A DNA stretch of 64,000 nt, taken from contig CAWGIE010000035.1 in the NCBI GenBank assembly GCA_963822585.1, positions 192,001 through 256,000 of the forward strand, given 5' to 3'. Position numbers and translations under genes: made by a program. The notes beneath the pieces are model-generated. The model searched no databases, was not told where the DNA came from, and saw only the letters and a list, made by a program, of their open reading frames with translations. The DNA comes from an uncultured bacterium (lineage in GTDB: Bacteria > Auribacterota > Erginobacteria > Erginobacterales > Erginobacteraceae). Shown here piece after piece: positions 11,513-21,303 of this stretch; positions within the stretch are counted from its first letter, which is position 1, and every line of letters starts with the position of its first letter.

Positions 11513-13177
11513 TTACTCCTTCCAGGCGACGAAGCGGGCCCAGCAGGAGGCGAGCTCCATGCCTTTCTGGATGAAACAGCCGATGAAGTAGCGTCCGCTC
11601 TTCATATCGGCGATCTCTTTCCCCAGGTTCTCGGCGTGGATGATCCCCTTGGGGAAGAGGTTCAGGTGCATGTCCTGATAGAACTTGTCCAGCGGGTACA
11701 TCTCGTCCCAGGACTTTCCGAAGGCCTCTTTCAGCTTCCGGTCGGCCTCGGCGAAGGTCTTGGGATGCCAGTTCCGCTGAATGGTGTTCATCGGGTGCTC
11801 CATGGCCACGCAGTCGATCCCCAGCCACTTGATATCCTTCTTGATGCACCAATCGGCGAAGTCCGGAGACGGACCCGGGTGGCGAATCATGTAGCGGAAC
11901 TCGTCTGAATCCGGACTGATCCAGCCGTATTTGTAGTACCCGGTCTTGATGATCAGGATGTCGCCCTTCTTGACATTGACCACCTTTTCGACCATGGCCG
12001 GGGTATAGACGCTGGTGTCGCTGACCATTTTGGAGATGTCGGCGACCGCGCCGGCTCCGATCCAGACGTCCATCGGGGTCTGGCCGATCGTCTTTCCGCC
12101 CATGTGGAAGTGCTTCTCGCCGTCCATGTGGCAGCTGAGGTGGAAGCTGGCCTTGCAGTGGGCGTTGTTCCGCCCGAGGCCGAAATACTGGCCCCCGACC
12201 CGCTTGGTGTACTGGACGATCAGCGGGATGTAGTTGGCCCACTGGGGCGTCTGGACGCTGAAGGGGATCGACATGTCGTACATCTTCTCCCGTTTCATCC
12301 GGGCGAAGAAGAGCTTGTCGCTCATCCCCTTGGGCGGCTGGATGGCCACCACTCTCGCCCAGGCCGACTCGACCTCGCAGAAGGGGATCGGGTGGACCAT
12401 GATCCAGGCCCGCTGGTTTTTCAGCTTTTTGATCTCGCCGCCCAGCGATTCCGCCAGGAGCAGCCCGGCCTTGGGCATCGTCTGGTGGGTCAGCTTGTAG
12501 TACTTGTCGGGCGGGAACATCTCGTCCCAGGTTTTCCCGTAGTCCTTCTTCAGCTTGGCTTCGGCTTTCTGGAATTCCCGTTCGTGCATGTAGCGGATGT
12601 TGGTGTTCATCGGGTGCTCGGCGCAGCCGCAGTCGACGCCGATCAGTTTGATCTTCTTCTTCATCGCCCACTCGAAGAAACCCGGCCCCGGACCCGGATG
12701 GCGGACCAGGTAGCCGAACTCCTTGTTCTCGATCCCGCCCTGGGCATTCCGGTTTTTGACGTCCGGCTGATCATAGCCGAACTTGTGATAGCCGGTGTTG
12801 ATGATCAGGATGTCGCCTTCCTTGATCTTCACCTTGCTCTCGATCATCTCCGGGGTGTAGAGGCTGTAGTCGGAGACCTCCTTGGAGATATCGACCACCA
12901 CGCCCTCGCCGCAGACGTCCTCCAGCGGGATGTCGTTGATCGACCGCATCCCGGAATGGAAGGCGGTGGGGCCGACCAGGTGGGTCCCGGTGTTGTTGGA
13001 CCACTCGATCAGCTGGCCGTTGGCGCCGGCGCCGCCGATAAACGATCCGGTCAGCCGCTTGAAGAACTGGATCTGCAGCGGCATCTCCCCCGGCCAGGGC
13101 GGCGTGAAGATGCTCAGCGCCTGGGTCAGGTCGAACCACTTGGCTTTTTTCAAAATTTCAATAATACCCTTGCTCAT
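11513..13177 (-). CDS. Tandem two-domain cyclase-family (kynurenine formamidase/isatin hydrolase-like) metal amidohydrolase
   Basis: Internal duplication (GDILIIxTGY, RHPGP, GxDCxxxEHPMN, AExLG). HxxxHxD is intact only in domain 2 (HLSCHMD). Confidence 0.88.
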   Translation of the reverse strand: MSKGIIEILKKAKWFDLTQALSIFTPPWPGEMPLQIQFFKRLTGSFIGGAGANGQLIEWSNNTGTHLVGPTAFHSGMRSINDIPLEDVCGEGVVVDISKEVSDYSLYTPEMIESKVKIKEGDILIINTGYHKFGYDQPDVKNRNAQGGIENKEFGYLVRHPGPGPGFFEWAMKKKIKLIGVDCGCAEHPMNTNIRYMHEREFQKAEAKLKKDYGKTWDEMFPPDKYYKLTHQTMPKAGLLLAESLGGEIKKLKNQRAWIMVHPIPFCEVESAWARVVAIQPPKGMSDKLFFARMKREKMYDMSIPFSVQTPQWANYIPLIVQYTKRVGGQYFGLGRNNAHCKASFHLSCHMDGEKHFHMGGKTIGQTPMDVWIGAGAVADISKMVSDTSVYTPAMVEKVVNVKKGDILIIKTGYYKYGWISPDSDEFRYMIRHPGPSPDFADWCIKKDIKWLGIDCVAMEHPMNTIQRNWHPKTFAEADRKLKEAFGKSWDEMYPLDKFYQDMHLNLFPKGIIHAENLGKEIADMKSGRYFIGCFIQKGMELASCWARFVAWKE

Positions 13178-13193
13178 AACTACCTCCTTTTTT

Positions 13194-13501
13194 TACCACC
13201 AAGACACGATTTAATAACCACTAAGACACTAAGACACGAAGAAAAAAATGTTGAAAGATGAATATCAGAAAATCAGGATATCTGTGGGTAGAAAATCAGA
13301 AAATCAGGATATCATGTGGCCGGTGCCAGGGCCTGATATTCTGTTAGCCTGATAACCTTCCATCTGATTCCCGGATGACCTGATCTCCTTCCCTCTCCGA
13401 AACAGGTTATTTTATTCTTATTCCTTCTTAGTGTCTTTGTGTCTTAGTGGTTATAAGTCTCTTGTGTCTTAGTGGTTATCTTTTTAGTGTCTTGGTGGTT
13501 A
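13194..13501. repeat. Nested element: family A arms enclosing a family B (ATCAG...CTGAT) palindrome
   Basis: accactaagacactaagacacgaag ... [atcagaaaatcaggatatc ... gatattctg...cctgatctcc] ... cttagtgtctttgtgtcttagtggtt. Confidence 0.8.
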
Positions 13502-13504
13502 GAT

Positions 13505-14758
13505 TTATTTAGCGTATTTTTTGGAAAAGGCCACCACGGCTTTCTTGAAAACATCCATGGGGGCGTCGCAGAGGCCGGCTCCCACCTGGCCGACGCCGGG
13601 GTCCTTGTGGGCGACGCCGGTGTCGATGAAGGGGGGCAGGTTCTTCTGGACCACCTTGATGATGTCGATCCCGGTGGGAGACCCCCGGAAGTCCAGCGAG
13701 GGGATCTGGTAGATGTTGTTCTCCCCCAGGGTGATCTCGTACATGTCCATGGTCTTGGAGACCGCCAGGTCATAGGTGCCGCCGACGAACTGGACGATCG
13801 CCGGCGAGGCGGCCAAAGCGCACCCCCCGATCCCGTAAGTCTCCATGATGGCGGAGTCGCCGATATCGCGCCCTACGTCATCCTTGGTGAAGCCGGGGAA
13901 GAGGAGCACTTCCGGTATCGGCGATTGGCAGGTGAACCACTGCGTGCCCAGGCCGCTGATCTGGATCCCCCAGTCGGTGCCGTTGCGGGCCATCACCGTG
14001 ACCATCGAGCTGCCCTCGATGTTCTCGGCCGCCATCAGGCTGACCTTGGCGCTGGTCATGGCGAAGCCGAGGAAGGTGTGGATGTTGGCCTCCATGAATT
14101 TCAGGGCCTCGATGGTCTCCGGGAGTTTCTTCTGATCCAGGGTCTCCAGGATATAGGGGGCGGTTTTGGTAAAGAGGATGTAGGATGCCGCCCGGCTCCG
14201 GTTATGGAGTTCATCGCCCATCTGGATGGCCTGGGCCATGATATTCTTGAGGTCGATCTTGCCGGCCTTGCGGATCGCCTTCTGGTAAACCGGTCCCAGC
14301 ACCTTTTCCATCCACTTCAGCCGTTCGATGACCTCGTCATCGTAGGCCCCCATTCGGAGCACCTTGCCGATGCCCTCGTTGAGGCTTTGATACGCCCGTT
14401 TGCCGGTGACCTCGTCCTCGGTCACGATCATCGGCATCGAGGCGCAGACGATCCCGGCCATCGGCCCGACGGTATCGTGATGATGACAGGGGTCGTACTC
14501 GATCTCTCCGGAGGCGGCCAGTTTCTCCGCTTCCTCGGGATTTTTGGCCATCCCTTCGTAGATCAGGGCTCCGATGACGGCTCCCCGCTGGGGGCCGCAC
14601 ATCCGGTCCCAGGTCACCGGGGGGCCGGCATGAAGGATGAGGTTCTTCTTCATCCCGGGGACGCAGTCGATCGCCGGCTGGATGTCGACCCAGAAGGGTC
14701 GCGCTTCCAACAGCTTCTTCAGCGCCTGTTCATTGGCTTTAGCGATATCTACCATCAT
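13505..14758 (-). CDS. DUF1116 / YlbE-YahG family protein (AllG-like subunit of an oxamate-type carbamoyltransferase)
   Basis: ILHAGPP, PCHHHDTVGPMAG, NEGIGKVLRMGA, MGDELHNR, ARNGTDWGI, DIGDSAIMET and IDTGVAHK motifs. Confidence 0.92.
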   Translation of the reverse strand: MMVDIAKANEQALKKLLEARPFWVDIQPAIDCVPGMKKNLILHAGPPVTWDRMCGPQRGAVIGALIYEGMAKNPEEAEKLAASGEIEYDPCHHHDTVGPMAGIVCASMPMIVTEDEVTGKRAYQSLNEGIGKVLRMGAYDDEVIERLKWMEKVLGPVYQKAIRKAGKIDLKNIMAQAIQMGDELHNRSRAASYILFTKTAPYILETLDQKKLPETIEALKFMEANIHTFLGFAMTSAKVSLMAAENIEGSSMVTVMARNGTDWGIQISGLGTQWFTCQSPIPEVLLFPGFTKDDVGRDIGDSAIMETYGIGGCALAASPAIVQFVGGTYDLAVSKTMDMYEITLGENNIYQIPSLDFRGSPTGIDIIKVVQKNLPPFIDTGVAHKDPGVGQVGAGLCDAPMDVFKKAVVAFSKKYAK

Positions 14759-14796
14759 ACACCTCCTTATAAATTAACACGCTTAGCTCGTAAGTT

Positions 14797-14980
14797 TTGC
14801 CACCAAGACACCAAGAAAGTATATCGGGAAATCAGGTTATCAGTGGGCAGAAAACCAGGAAATCAGGAGATCAGGTGACCGGTACCAAGGGCCTGATATC
14901 CCGTTAACCTGATAACCTCCTAACTGATTCCCGGATAATCTGAACTCCTTTCTTGGTGACTTTGTCCCTTGGTGGCAAAT
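14797..14980. repeat. Nested element: family A arms enclosing a family B palindrome
   Basis: tttgccaccaagacaccaag ... atcaggttatcag ... ctgataacc ... cttggtgactttgtcccttggtggcaaa. Confidence 0.8.
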
Positions 14981-15012
14981 AATTATTTAGGGAAATTATT
15001 GCTGCGGGAATT

Positions 15013-15041
15013 AAGATACAAATTAATTTTCTGATTGTCAA
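15013..15041 (-). promoter_or_regulatory. Sigma70-like promoter for the DUF1116-cyclase transcript
   Basis: TTGACA-17 bp-TATCTT on the minus strand. Confidence 0.6.
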
Positions 15042-15091
15042 CGGGAATGCGATTTTTCCCGCGAAAAATTATTCGGCACCGGCGCGTTCGG

Positions 15092-15120
15092 TTGACTTCC
15101 CGGATGGTTTTTATTAAGGT
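15092..15120 (+). promoter_or_regulatory. Sigma70-like promoter for the NCS1-DUF2877-FdrA transcript
   Basis: TTGACT-17 bp-TAAGGT, divergent from the promoter at 15013-15041. Confidence 0.45.
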
Positions 15121-15216
15121 AATCGGAGGCTTTTTTAAATTGAAGATTTTCATAAAGGTCGTAGCGGTAGCCTTTAGGCTGCCATCGGGGCGAGCCTCCA
15201 GCTCACACTAATAAAA

Positions 15217-15357
15217 GGTGACGGTAAGGGTTACGATGCCCGTATCGGTGAGGGTTAGGGCAACGGCTGCCTCGCCTGGCGCACGTAACCGTAACCGGCA
15301 GACGAAACGGGCCTCGTTACCGTTGCCCGAATCCCAGGTGCGCCGGAGGCGCTCATT
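15217..15357 (+). repeat. Family E element (GGTAAG/GGTTAC hexamers ... GTAACC/GTTACC)
   Basis: A reverse-complement homologue lies at 30269-30416. Confidence 0.8.
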
Positions 15358-15393
15358 TAATATGAAGTAAAATTATCAAGGGAGGGAGCCGAC

Positions 15394-17277
15394 ATGACCG
15401 AACAAAAAGAATATGCCCCCGACATTAACCGGAGTTCCAATCAGGGAGCACCCGCCACCGAGCGGGAGCTGCACGGAATGTACGAGCTGACCGTCGATGT
15501 CTCCGCGTCACCCCTGGCCAACGAAGATATACTCCCGGTCCCGGTCAGGGAGCGGACCTGGAACACCTGGAACATCGCCTCGCTCTGGGTGGGGATCAGC
15601 GTCTGCATCCCCACCTACATGCTGGCGGCCAGCCTGATGAAGACGGGGCTGAACTGGGTCCAGGCCCTCTGGGCGATCCTGCTCGGGAACGCCATCGTTC
15701 TCGTCCCCATGTGCCTGAACGCCATCCCCGGCACCAAGTACGGGATACCCTTTCCGGTTCTGATCCGGTCTTCATTCGGGACCCGGGGCGCCCAGATCCC
15801 TTCCATTCTTCGCGGGCTGGTAGCCTGCGGGTGGTTCGGGATCCAGGTCTGGATCGGCGGTTTTGCCATCTATACGCTCGCGTTGATCTTCCTCCCCAAT
15901 CTCAACAACCTCTGGCCCGGTCTGCAAGCGACCTTTGTCGGGATTAACGGCGGACAGCTCCTCTGCTTTCTCTTCTTCTGGGCGCTGCACATGATCATCG
16001 TTTTGCGGGGCGTGGAATCGATCAAGTGGTTCGAGTCCCTCTCCGCCCCGGCCCTGATCCTGGTCGGGGTCGCGCTCTTCGTCTGGGCGATTCATACGGG
16101 CGGGGGTCTGGCCGCGGTGTTGAAGAATTCGAAACTCTTTCTCCAGCCGACCATGACCCTGACCAAGGGAGATACTTCCGTGAAAGTCATCCTGGATCCG
16201 TTGCGGGAAAAAGACGGTGCATACCGGGTCGAAAGGATGAAAGTCGTCGTTCTCCCGGGGAAGGCGAACCAATCCGCCGTCGCCCAGGCCCTGGCCGATA
16301 AGGAGTGGGAACCGTTCCGGCCCGAATTCAGCGTCGACTGGAGGGAGGATGCCTCGGAGGTCACCGTCGGGGCGCAACTGGGAAGCGTCAAAGATCCGGA
16401 CGCCGCCGCCATCGTGCTGGCGTCGGCCCACCGGGAGGAGAGAGGCCCCGCGGGGCCCTGGCTCTTTATCGCGTTCTTCCCCGCGCTTACCGCCATGGTC
16501 GGTTACTGGGCCACCCTCTCGCTGAACATCCCCGACTTTACCCGGTACGCCAAATCCCAGAAGGACCAGATAATCGGCCAGGCGATCGGTCTCCCCACCA
16601 CGATGACCCTGTACGCTTTCGTGGGCGTGGTCGCGACCTGCGCCGCCCTGATCGCTTTTCCCAACATCCTGACTCAGGAGGACGCCCCCTGGGACCCGGT
16701 GGCACTGCTTGCCCACTTCAAGATTCCCTGGATGGTCGTGCTCTCGATGGGGGTCCTCGCCATTGCCACCCTGACTACCAACATCGCGGCCAACGTGGTG
16801 GCCCCGGCCAACGGTTTTTCCAATATCGCCCCCCACAAGATATCCTTCCGGATGGGAGGATTGATCACCGGCGTGATCGGGATCGTGATGATGCCCTGGA
16901 AACTGCTGGCGACGGCCGGGAAATTTATCTTTACCTGGCTGATCGGTTACTCGGCGCTGATGGGCGGCGTGGCCGGGGTGATGATCGCCGACTTCTACGT
17001 CGTCCGGCGGCGCCGGCTTGACCTGGCCGGCCTCTACGCCGAAGACGGACCCTACACGTTTTCCGGCGGCTTCAACTGGGTTGGGATCATCTCCTTCATT
17101 CTGGGGGTGCTCCCCAATATCCCGGGTTTTATGGCCGAGATCGCTCCGCAGACGTTCGCGGCCATTGTCCCCCAGTTTTTCAAGACCTTCTATCTCTATG
17201 CCTGGTTCAGCGGCTTCTTCATCTCCTTTGCCGTCTACGCGATCTGGATGAGTGCGAAACTCAGACATAAAAAATAA
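15394..17277 (+). CDS. NCS1 nucleobase:cation symporter (uracil/allantoin/hydantoin type) with a ~100-aa soluble insertion
   Basis: LWVGISVCIPTYMLA, KYGIPFPV, ACGWFGIQ, YWATLSLNIPDFTRYA and TNIAANVVAPA motifs. Confidence 0.93.
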   Translation: MTEQKEYAPDINRSSNQGAPATERELHGMYELTVDVSASPLANEDILPVPVRERTWNTWNIASLWVGISVCIPTYMLAASLMKTGLNWVQALWAILLGNAIVLVPMCLNAIPGTKYGIPFPVLIRSSFGTRGAQIPSILRGLVACGWFGIQVWIGGFAIYTLALIFLPNLNNLWPGLQATFVGINGGQLLCFLFFWALHMIIVLRGVESIKWFESLSAPALILVGVALFVWAIHTGGGLAAVLKNSKLFLQPTMTLTKGDTSVKVILDPLREKDGAYRVERMKVVVLPGKANQSAVAQALADKEWEPFRPEFSVDWREDASEVTVGAQLGSVKDPDAAAIVLASAHREERGPAGPWLFIAFFPALTAMVGYWATLSLNIPDFTRYAKSQKDQIIGQAIGLPTTMTLYAFVGVVATCAALIAFPNILTQEDAPWDPVALLAHFKIPWMVVLSMGVLAIATLTTNIAANVVAPANGFSNIAPHKISFRMGGLITGVIGIVMMPWKLLATAGKFIFTWLIGYSALMGGVAGVMIADFYVVRRRRLDLAGLYAEDGPYTFSGGFNWVGIISFILGVLPNIPGFMAEIAPQTFAAIVPQFFKTFYLYAWFSGFFISFAVYAIWMSAKLRHKK

Positions 17278-17710
17278 CCACGAAGATAAAAACTTAATAA
17301 CCACTAAGACACAAAGACACGAAGAAACACTAAGACAAAAACTCAATAACCACCAAGACACAAAGACACCAAGAAACAAAGCCAAAAACCCAAAACCACC
17401 AAGACACAAAGACACCAAGAAACACTAAGACAAAAACACCAACCACCAAGACACAAAGACACCAAGAAACACCAAGATAAAAACTCAAAACCACCAAGAC
17501 ACAAAGACACCAAGAAACACTAAGACAAAAACTTAATAACCACCAAGACACAAAGACACGAAGAAACACCAAGATAAAAACTCAAAACACCAAGACACAA
17601 AGACACCAAGAAACACTAAGATAAAAACTTAAAACCACCAAGACACAAAGACACCAAGAAACACTAAGATAAAAACTCAATAACCACCAAGACACAAAGA
17701 CACCAAGAAA
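17277..17710 (+). repeat. Family A tandem array, about 9 units of 46-49 bp
   Basis: CCACCAAGACACAAAGACACCAAGAAACACTAAGAYAAAAACTYAAWAA units with no unique spacers. Confidence 0.92.
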
Positions 17711-17725
17711 ATAGGGGATATTAAA

Positions 17726-18117
17726 ATGAGTTTTTCGGCTTTATCCGAAGAAGAAGAGCGCATTGCCAGGGAGATTGTTGATGCCGCCTATGCGGTGCAC
17801 AAGGCTTTGGGCCCTGGTTTGTTGGAGAAAGTTTACGAGGTTTGCTTCTGTCACGAACTTGCTAACGGGGACTTCGTTATGAGCGCCAAGCCACGGTCCC
17901 CATTCAGTATGATAACCTTGTCTTTGATGAAGGATTGCGATTGGATGTTCTGGTGGAGGATCTGGTTATCTGCGAATTAAAGTCGGTGGAAAAAATATTT
18001 CCCGTTTGGAAAGCGCAATTGCTGAGTCATTTCAAGCTGATGAAGAAACGATTGGGCTTTCTCATTAATTTCAATGTCCCCGTGATTAAAGACGGCATTG
18101 TCCGAATTATCCTATAG
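17726..18117 (+). CDS. GxxExxY protein (PD-(D/E)XK nuclease-like), one frameshift near 17865
   Basis: VHKALGPGLLEKVYE, RLDVLVEDLVICELKSVE, AQLLSH and GFLINFNV motifs. Confidence 0.92.
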
Positions 18118-18119
18118 TT

Positions 18120-18198
18120 TTTCTTCGTGTCTTCGTGTCTTGGTGGTTATTTGTTTTTTTTAGTGTCTTGGTGGTTATTATTACTGGTGTCTTGGTGC
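18120..18198 (-). repeat. Inverted family A arm closing the GxxExxY element
   Basis: ttcttcgtgtcttcgtgtcttggtggtt and further reverse-complement copies. Confidence 0.85.
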
Positions 18199-19042
18199 AA
18201 AAAAAGAAGAAGTAATCGTCAGTATGGGGGATGGGGTGTTTCCGGGGGAGTACTGGGTTCACTCCCGGTTTAAGAGAGTCGTCAATTTTGTCCACGGGGA
18301 GCGGCTGGTTTCGGTGGTGACCGAGGAGGTGGGAAGGGGACCGGTCAACATTGTCCTCCGGGGGATCGATCTTCAGCGGCTCAACGACCTGCGCATTGAC
18401 GACCGCGCGATTTATCTCGACGAGCAGGCATTTTCCCGGGAGAGGGCGGACATCTTCAGTTCCCGACTGGAAGTGGACGATCTTACCCCTGCTCGACTGA
18501 CTCAAAATCTGGAGGTCTTGCAAAAGGATCTGGGAGTCTTCTCCCCCAAAAGCGGCCTTCTCATCGATCCGGCGCGTAAAAGGTATTTTACCACGAAGTC
18601 TGAGCGCGAGTTTGTGAGGAGAATCGAGGAAGCAGTCACCGCCATCACCCACAAAGATCCCCCGGGATTGCTGTCCGGGATCAGGAAACTGAAGGGACTC
18701 GGTTGGCCTGACACCAAGCGGGGACGATTACATTGCCGGGCTCCTGGCCGCCTTCAATCTCCTGGAATCTCTGGACGGGATCAACCGTTCAGGATTGAGA
18801 AGAGAGATCGCCGCTGCCGCCCGGTCGGGCAACCTGCTCTCGAACTCGTTTATCACACTGGCCGCGGACGGGTTCCTCTTCGCCGGGTTCAAGGAATTGG
18901 TAGGAGCATTGCTTCAGGAGGATGCCGATGACATTCGACGCGCGACGGAGAAACTCGTCGCGCTGGGGGAAAGTCGGGGAGTGACATGGGCGTTGGTTTT
19001 TTATTAACCATGAAAAACCTTCTTTGCTATACTGGGGCCTGA
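18195..19042 (+). CDS. DUF2877 / YlbF-YahE family protein (AllH-like), frameshifted
   Basis: VHSRFKRVVNF, GRGPVNI, GLG..LTPSGDD (across a shift) and a C-terminal GxxSGSD; neighbours FdrA. Confidence 0.8.
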
Positions 19043-19074
19043 CAGAAAAGCAGGGATAAGGGGCATGAAAAGCG

Positions 19075-19292
19075 GAACATCGAACGTCGAACGTCGAACG
19101 CCGAACGTCCAACGCTCAACGTTCAATGCCCCGGCAATATAACACCATATATTTATCTTCGTGTCTTAGTGTCTTGGTGGTAATCAAAGGGGCCGAGGGA
19201 GGGGAACATTAGTTTTCTTGGTGTTTCTTCGTGTCTTAGTGTCTTGGTGGTTATTAAAGGGGGCGAGGGAGGGGATAGTGTCTTGGTGGTGA
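19075..19292. repeat. GAACGTC heptamers followed by reverse-oriented family A units
   Basis: gaacgtcgaacgtcgaacgccgaacgtcc; 19157-19292 is the reverse complement of the unit at 24735-25250. Confidence 0.75.
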
Positions 19293-19316
19293 AAATTATT
19301 TAAAAAGGGGGTTTCT

Positions 19317-20891
19317 ATGGCTGTCAAAGGCATCAAAAAAACCGGTGAGTATTTCGACTCGGTGACCCTGATGCTGGTCGCCCGCACCCTGACCGAGATG
19401 GAAGGGGTCGAGGATGCCACCGTGGTCATGGGCACGGAAGAGAACAAGCAGATCCTGGAAGCGTCGGGGATGCTCCTCGACGAATTCAAGGACGCCAACG
19501 ACACCGACCTGCTGATCGTCGGCAAAGCCGCCGACGAGGCGAAGGTGGACGAGGTCATGACCCGGGCGGAGGAGCTGCTGGTGGAGAGCAAGCAGAAGAA
19601 GGCCTCCTCGGGCAAGCACCTGCCCAAGAGCATCGAGGGCGCCCTCGACCAGGTCCCCGACGCCAACATGGTCATTATCTCGGTGGCGGGACGTTACGCC
19701 GCTGACGTGGCGATGGAGGCGCTGGAAAAAGGGCTGCACGTGATGCTCTTCTCGGACAACGTCTCGATCGAAAAGGAAAAAGAGCTGAAGGAATACGGGC
19801 GCAAGAAAGGCCTCCTCGTCATGGGGCCGGATTGCGGCACCGCCATCATCAACGGCGCTCCCCTCTGCTTCGCCAACGTGGTCAAGCGCGGCAACATCGG
19901 GATCGTGGCCGCCTCGGGCACGGGGCTGCAGGAGGTGAGCTGCATTATCGGCAATAACGGCGCCGGCATCTCCCAGGCGATCGGGACCGGCGGCCGCGAC
20001 GTCAAGAAGGACATCGGGGGGATCATGTTTCTGGAGGGGATCAAGGCCCTGGAGGCGGACGAGGCGACCGAGGTCCTGGTGCTGGTCTCCAAGCCGCCCG
20101 CTCCCGAGGTGTTGGAGAAGGTGGCGAAGGCGATCAAGAACATCAAGAAGCCCGTGGTGGCGATCCTGATCGGCGGCGATCCCCGGGTGATGGACGCGGC
20201 GGGGGCGAAGGCCGCCCGGGACCTGGAACGGGCGGGCCTGATCGCGGTCGCCCTTTCAAAAGGGGAGTCTCCCGAGGGCATCCCGGCCCGGCTGGCGGTC
20301 CGGAGCGAGGAGATCAAGAAACAGGCCGCCGAAATCGCCGCCGGGATGAAGGCGGGGCAGAAGTACCTGCGGGGCCTCTTCAGCGGGGGGACCCTCTGCG
20401 ACGAGACCCAGTTGATGTTCAAGGACGCGATCGGCCCGGTCTACAGCCCGTCGCCGATCGATCCCGCCTTCAAACTGGACGATATCTGGAAAAGCCGGGA
20501 GAACACGGTCGTCGACCTGGGCGAGGACGAGTTCACGGTCGGCCGCCCCCACCCGATGATCGATTTCCTGCTCAGGAAGAAGCGGATCGTGGAGGAGGCG
20601 AAAGACCCCGAGACCGCCGTCATTTTGCTGGACGTGGTTCTCGGGTACGGATCGAACATGGTCCCCGGCGAGGAACTCGCCCCCGCCATCAAGGAAGCGA
20701 AAAAGATCGCGGAACAGGCGGGACGGCAGCTGGCGGTTGTCTGCTCGATTACCGGGACCTATCAGGACCCGCAGGACCGCAAAAAGGTAGAGAAAGAACT
20801 GAAGGAAGCGGGGGTCATCGTGATGCCCACCAACGCGGCGGCCAGCGAGCTGACGGTTGCGGTTATAAAGATTCTGGGAGGAAAACAATGA
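19317..20891 (+). CDS. fdrA: FdrA/YahF family acyl-CoA-synthetase-like protein (AllF-like)
   Basis: YFDSVTLM, LFSDNV, MGPDCGTA, ASGTGLQE, GTGGRD, SGGTLC, FTVGRPHPMID and LDVVLGYG motifs. Confidence 0.95.
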   Translation: MAVKGIKKTGEYFDSVTLMLVARTLTEMEGVEDATVVMGTEENKQILEASGMLLDEFKDANDTDLLIVGKAADEAKVDEVMTRAEELLVESKQKKASSGKHLPKSIEGALDQVPDANMVIISVAGRYAADVAMEALEKGLHVMLFSDNVSIEKEKELKEYGRKKGLLVMGPDCGTAIINGAPLCFANVVKRGNIGIVAASGTGLQEVSCIIGNNGAGISQAIGTGGRDVKKDIGGIMFLEGIKALEADEATEVLVLVSKPPAPEVLEKVAKAIKNIKKPVVAILIGGDPRVMDAAGAKAARDLERAGLIAVALSKGESPEGIPARLAVRSEEIKKQAAEIAAGMKAGQKYLRGLFSGGTLCDETQLMFKDAIGPVYSPSPIDPAFKLDDIWKSRENTVVDLGEDEFTVGRPHPMIDFLLRKKRIVEEAKDPETAVILLDVVLGYGSNMVPGEELAPAIKEAKKIAEQAGRQLAVVCSITGTYQDPQDRKKVEKELKEAGVIVMPTNAAASELTVAVIKILGGKQ

Positions 20892-21058
20892 TCTTGAACG
20901 GTCTCTTCGAACAGGAATTTAAAGCGATCAATATCGGCCTGGTTTCTTTCAAAGAAGCCCTGGACGACGCCGAATACAAGTGTATCCAGGTCGACTGGTC
21001 TCCCCCGGCGGGCGGAGACGAGGACGTCCTGGCCGCGCTCAAGGCGCTGGGGATCTGA
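20888..21058 (+). CDS. Small FdrA-domain protein (56 aa), absent from the ORF track
   Basis: MILNGLFEQEFKAINIGLVSFKEALDDAEYKCIQVDWSPPAGGDEDVLAALKALGI*; ATGA overlap with the fdrA stop. Confidence 0.85.
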   Translation: MILNGLFEQEFKAINIGLVSFKEALDDAEYKCIQVDWSPPAGGDEDVLAALKALGI

Positions 21059-21303
21059 ACGCGGCATAGGGAACGAACCGCCAAGCGGCGATTGGACGAA
21101 CGCGAGCTCCTTGCCCGGTTTCTCCGGGCGGGAGCTCGTTTCCTTTCCGGAGAAGGGAGAGCCGGTTCGGGCGGCAGGGACATCGATTTTTAAGTTTCTC
21201 TTCCATTTTGTGTCAGAGAATCATTAATAATTGTTGTTTTATTCCTTGGTCGATTCTTGCAAAATTGATTACCTTATTCCCCGTAAAAAAATGGAAGAAA
21301 ACC

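Noticed and set aside
17277..17710. Possible CRISPR array (also 24735-25250 and 26280-26900)
   Set aside because: Inter-repeat segments are near-identical low-complexity sequence rather than unique spacers, and no cas genes are present.
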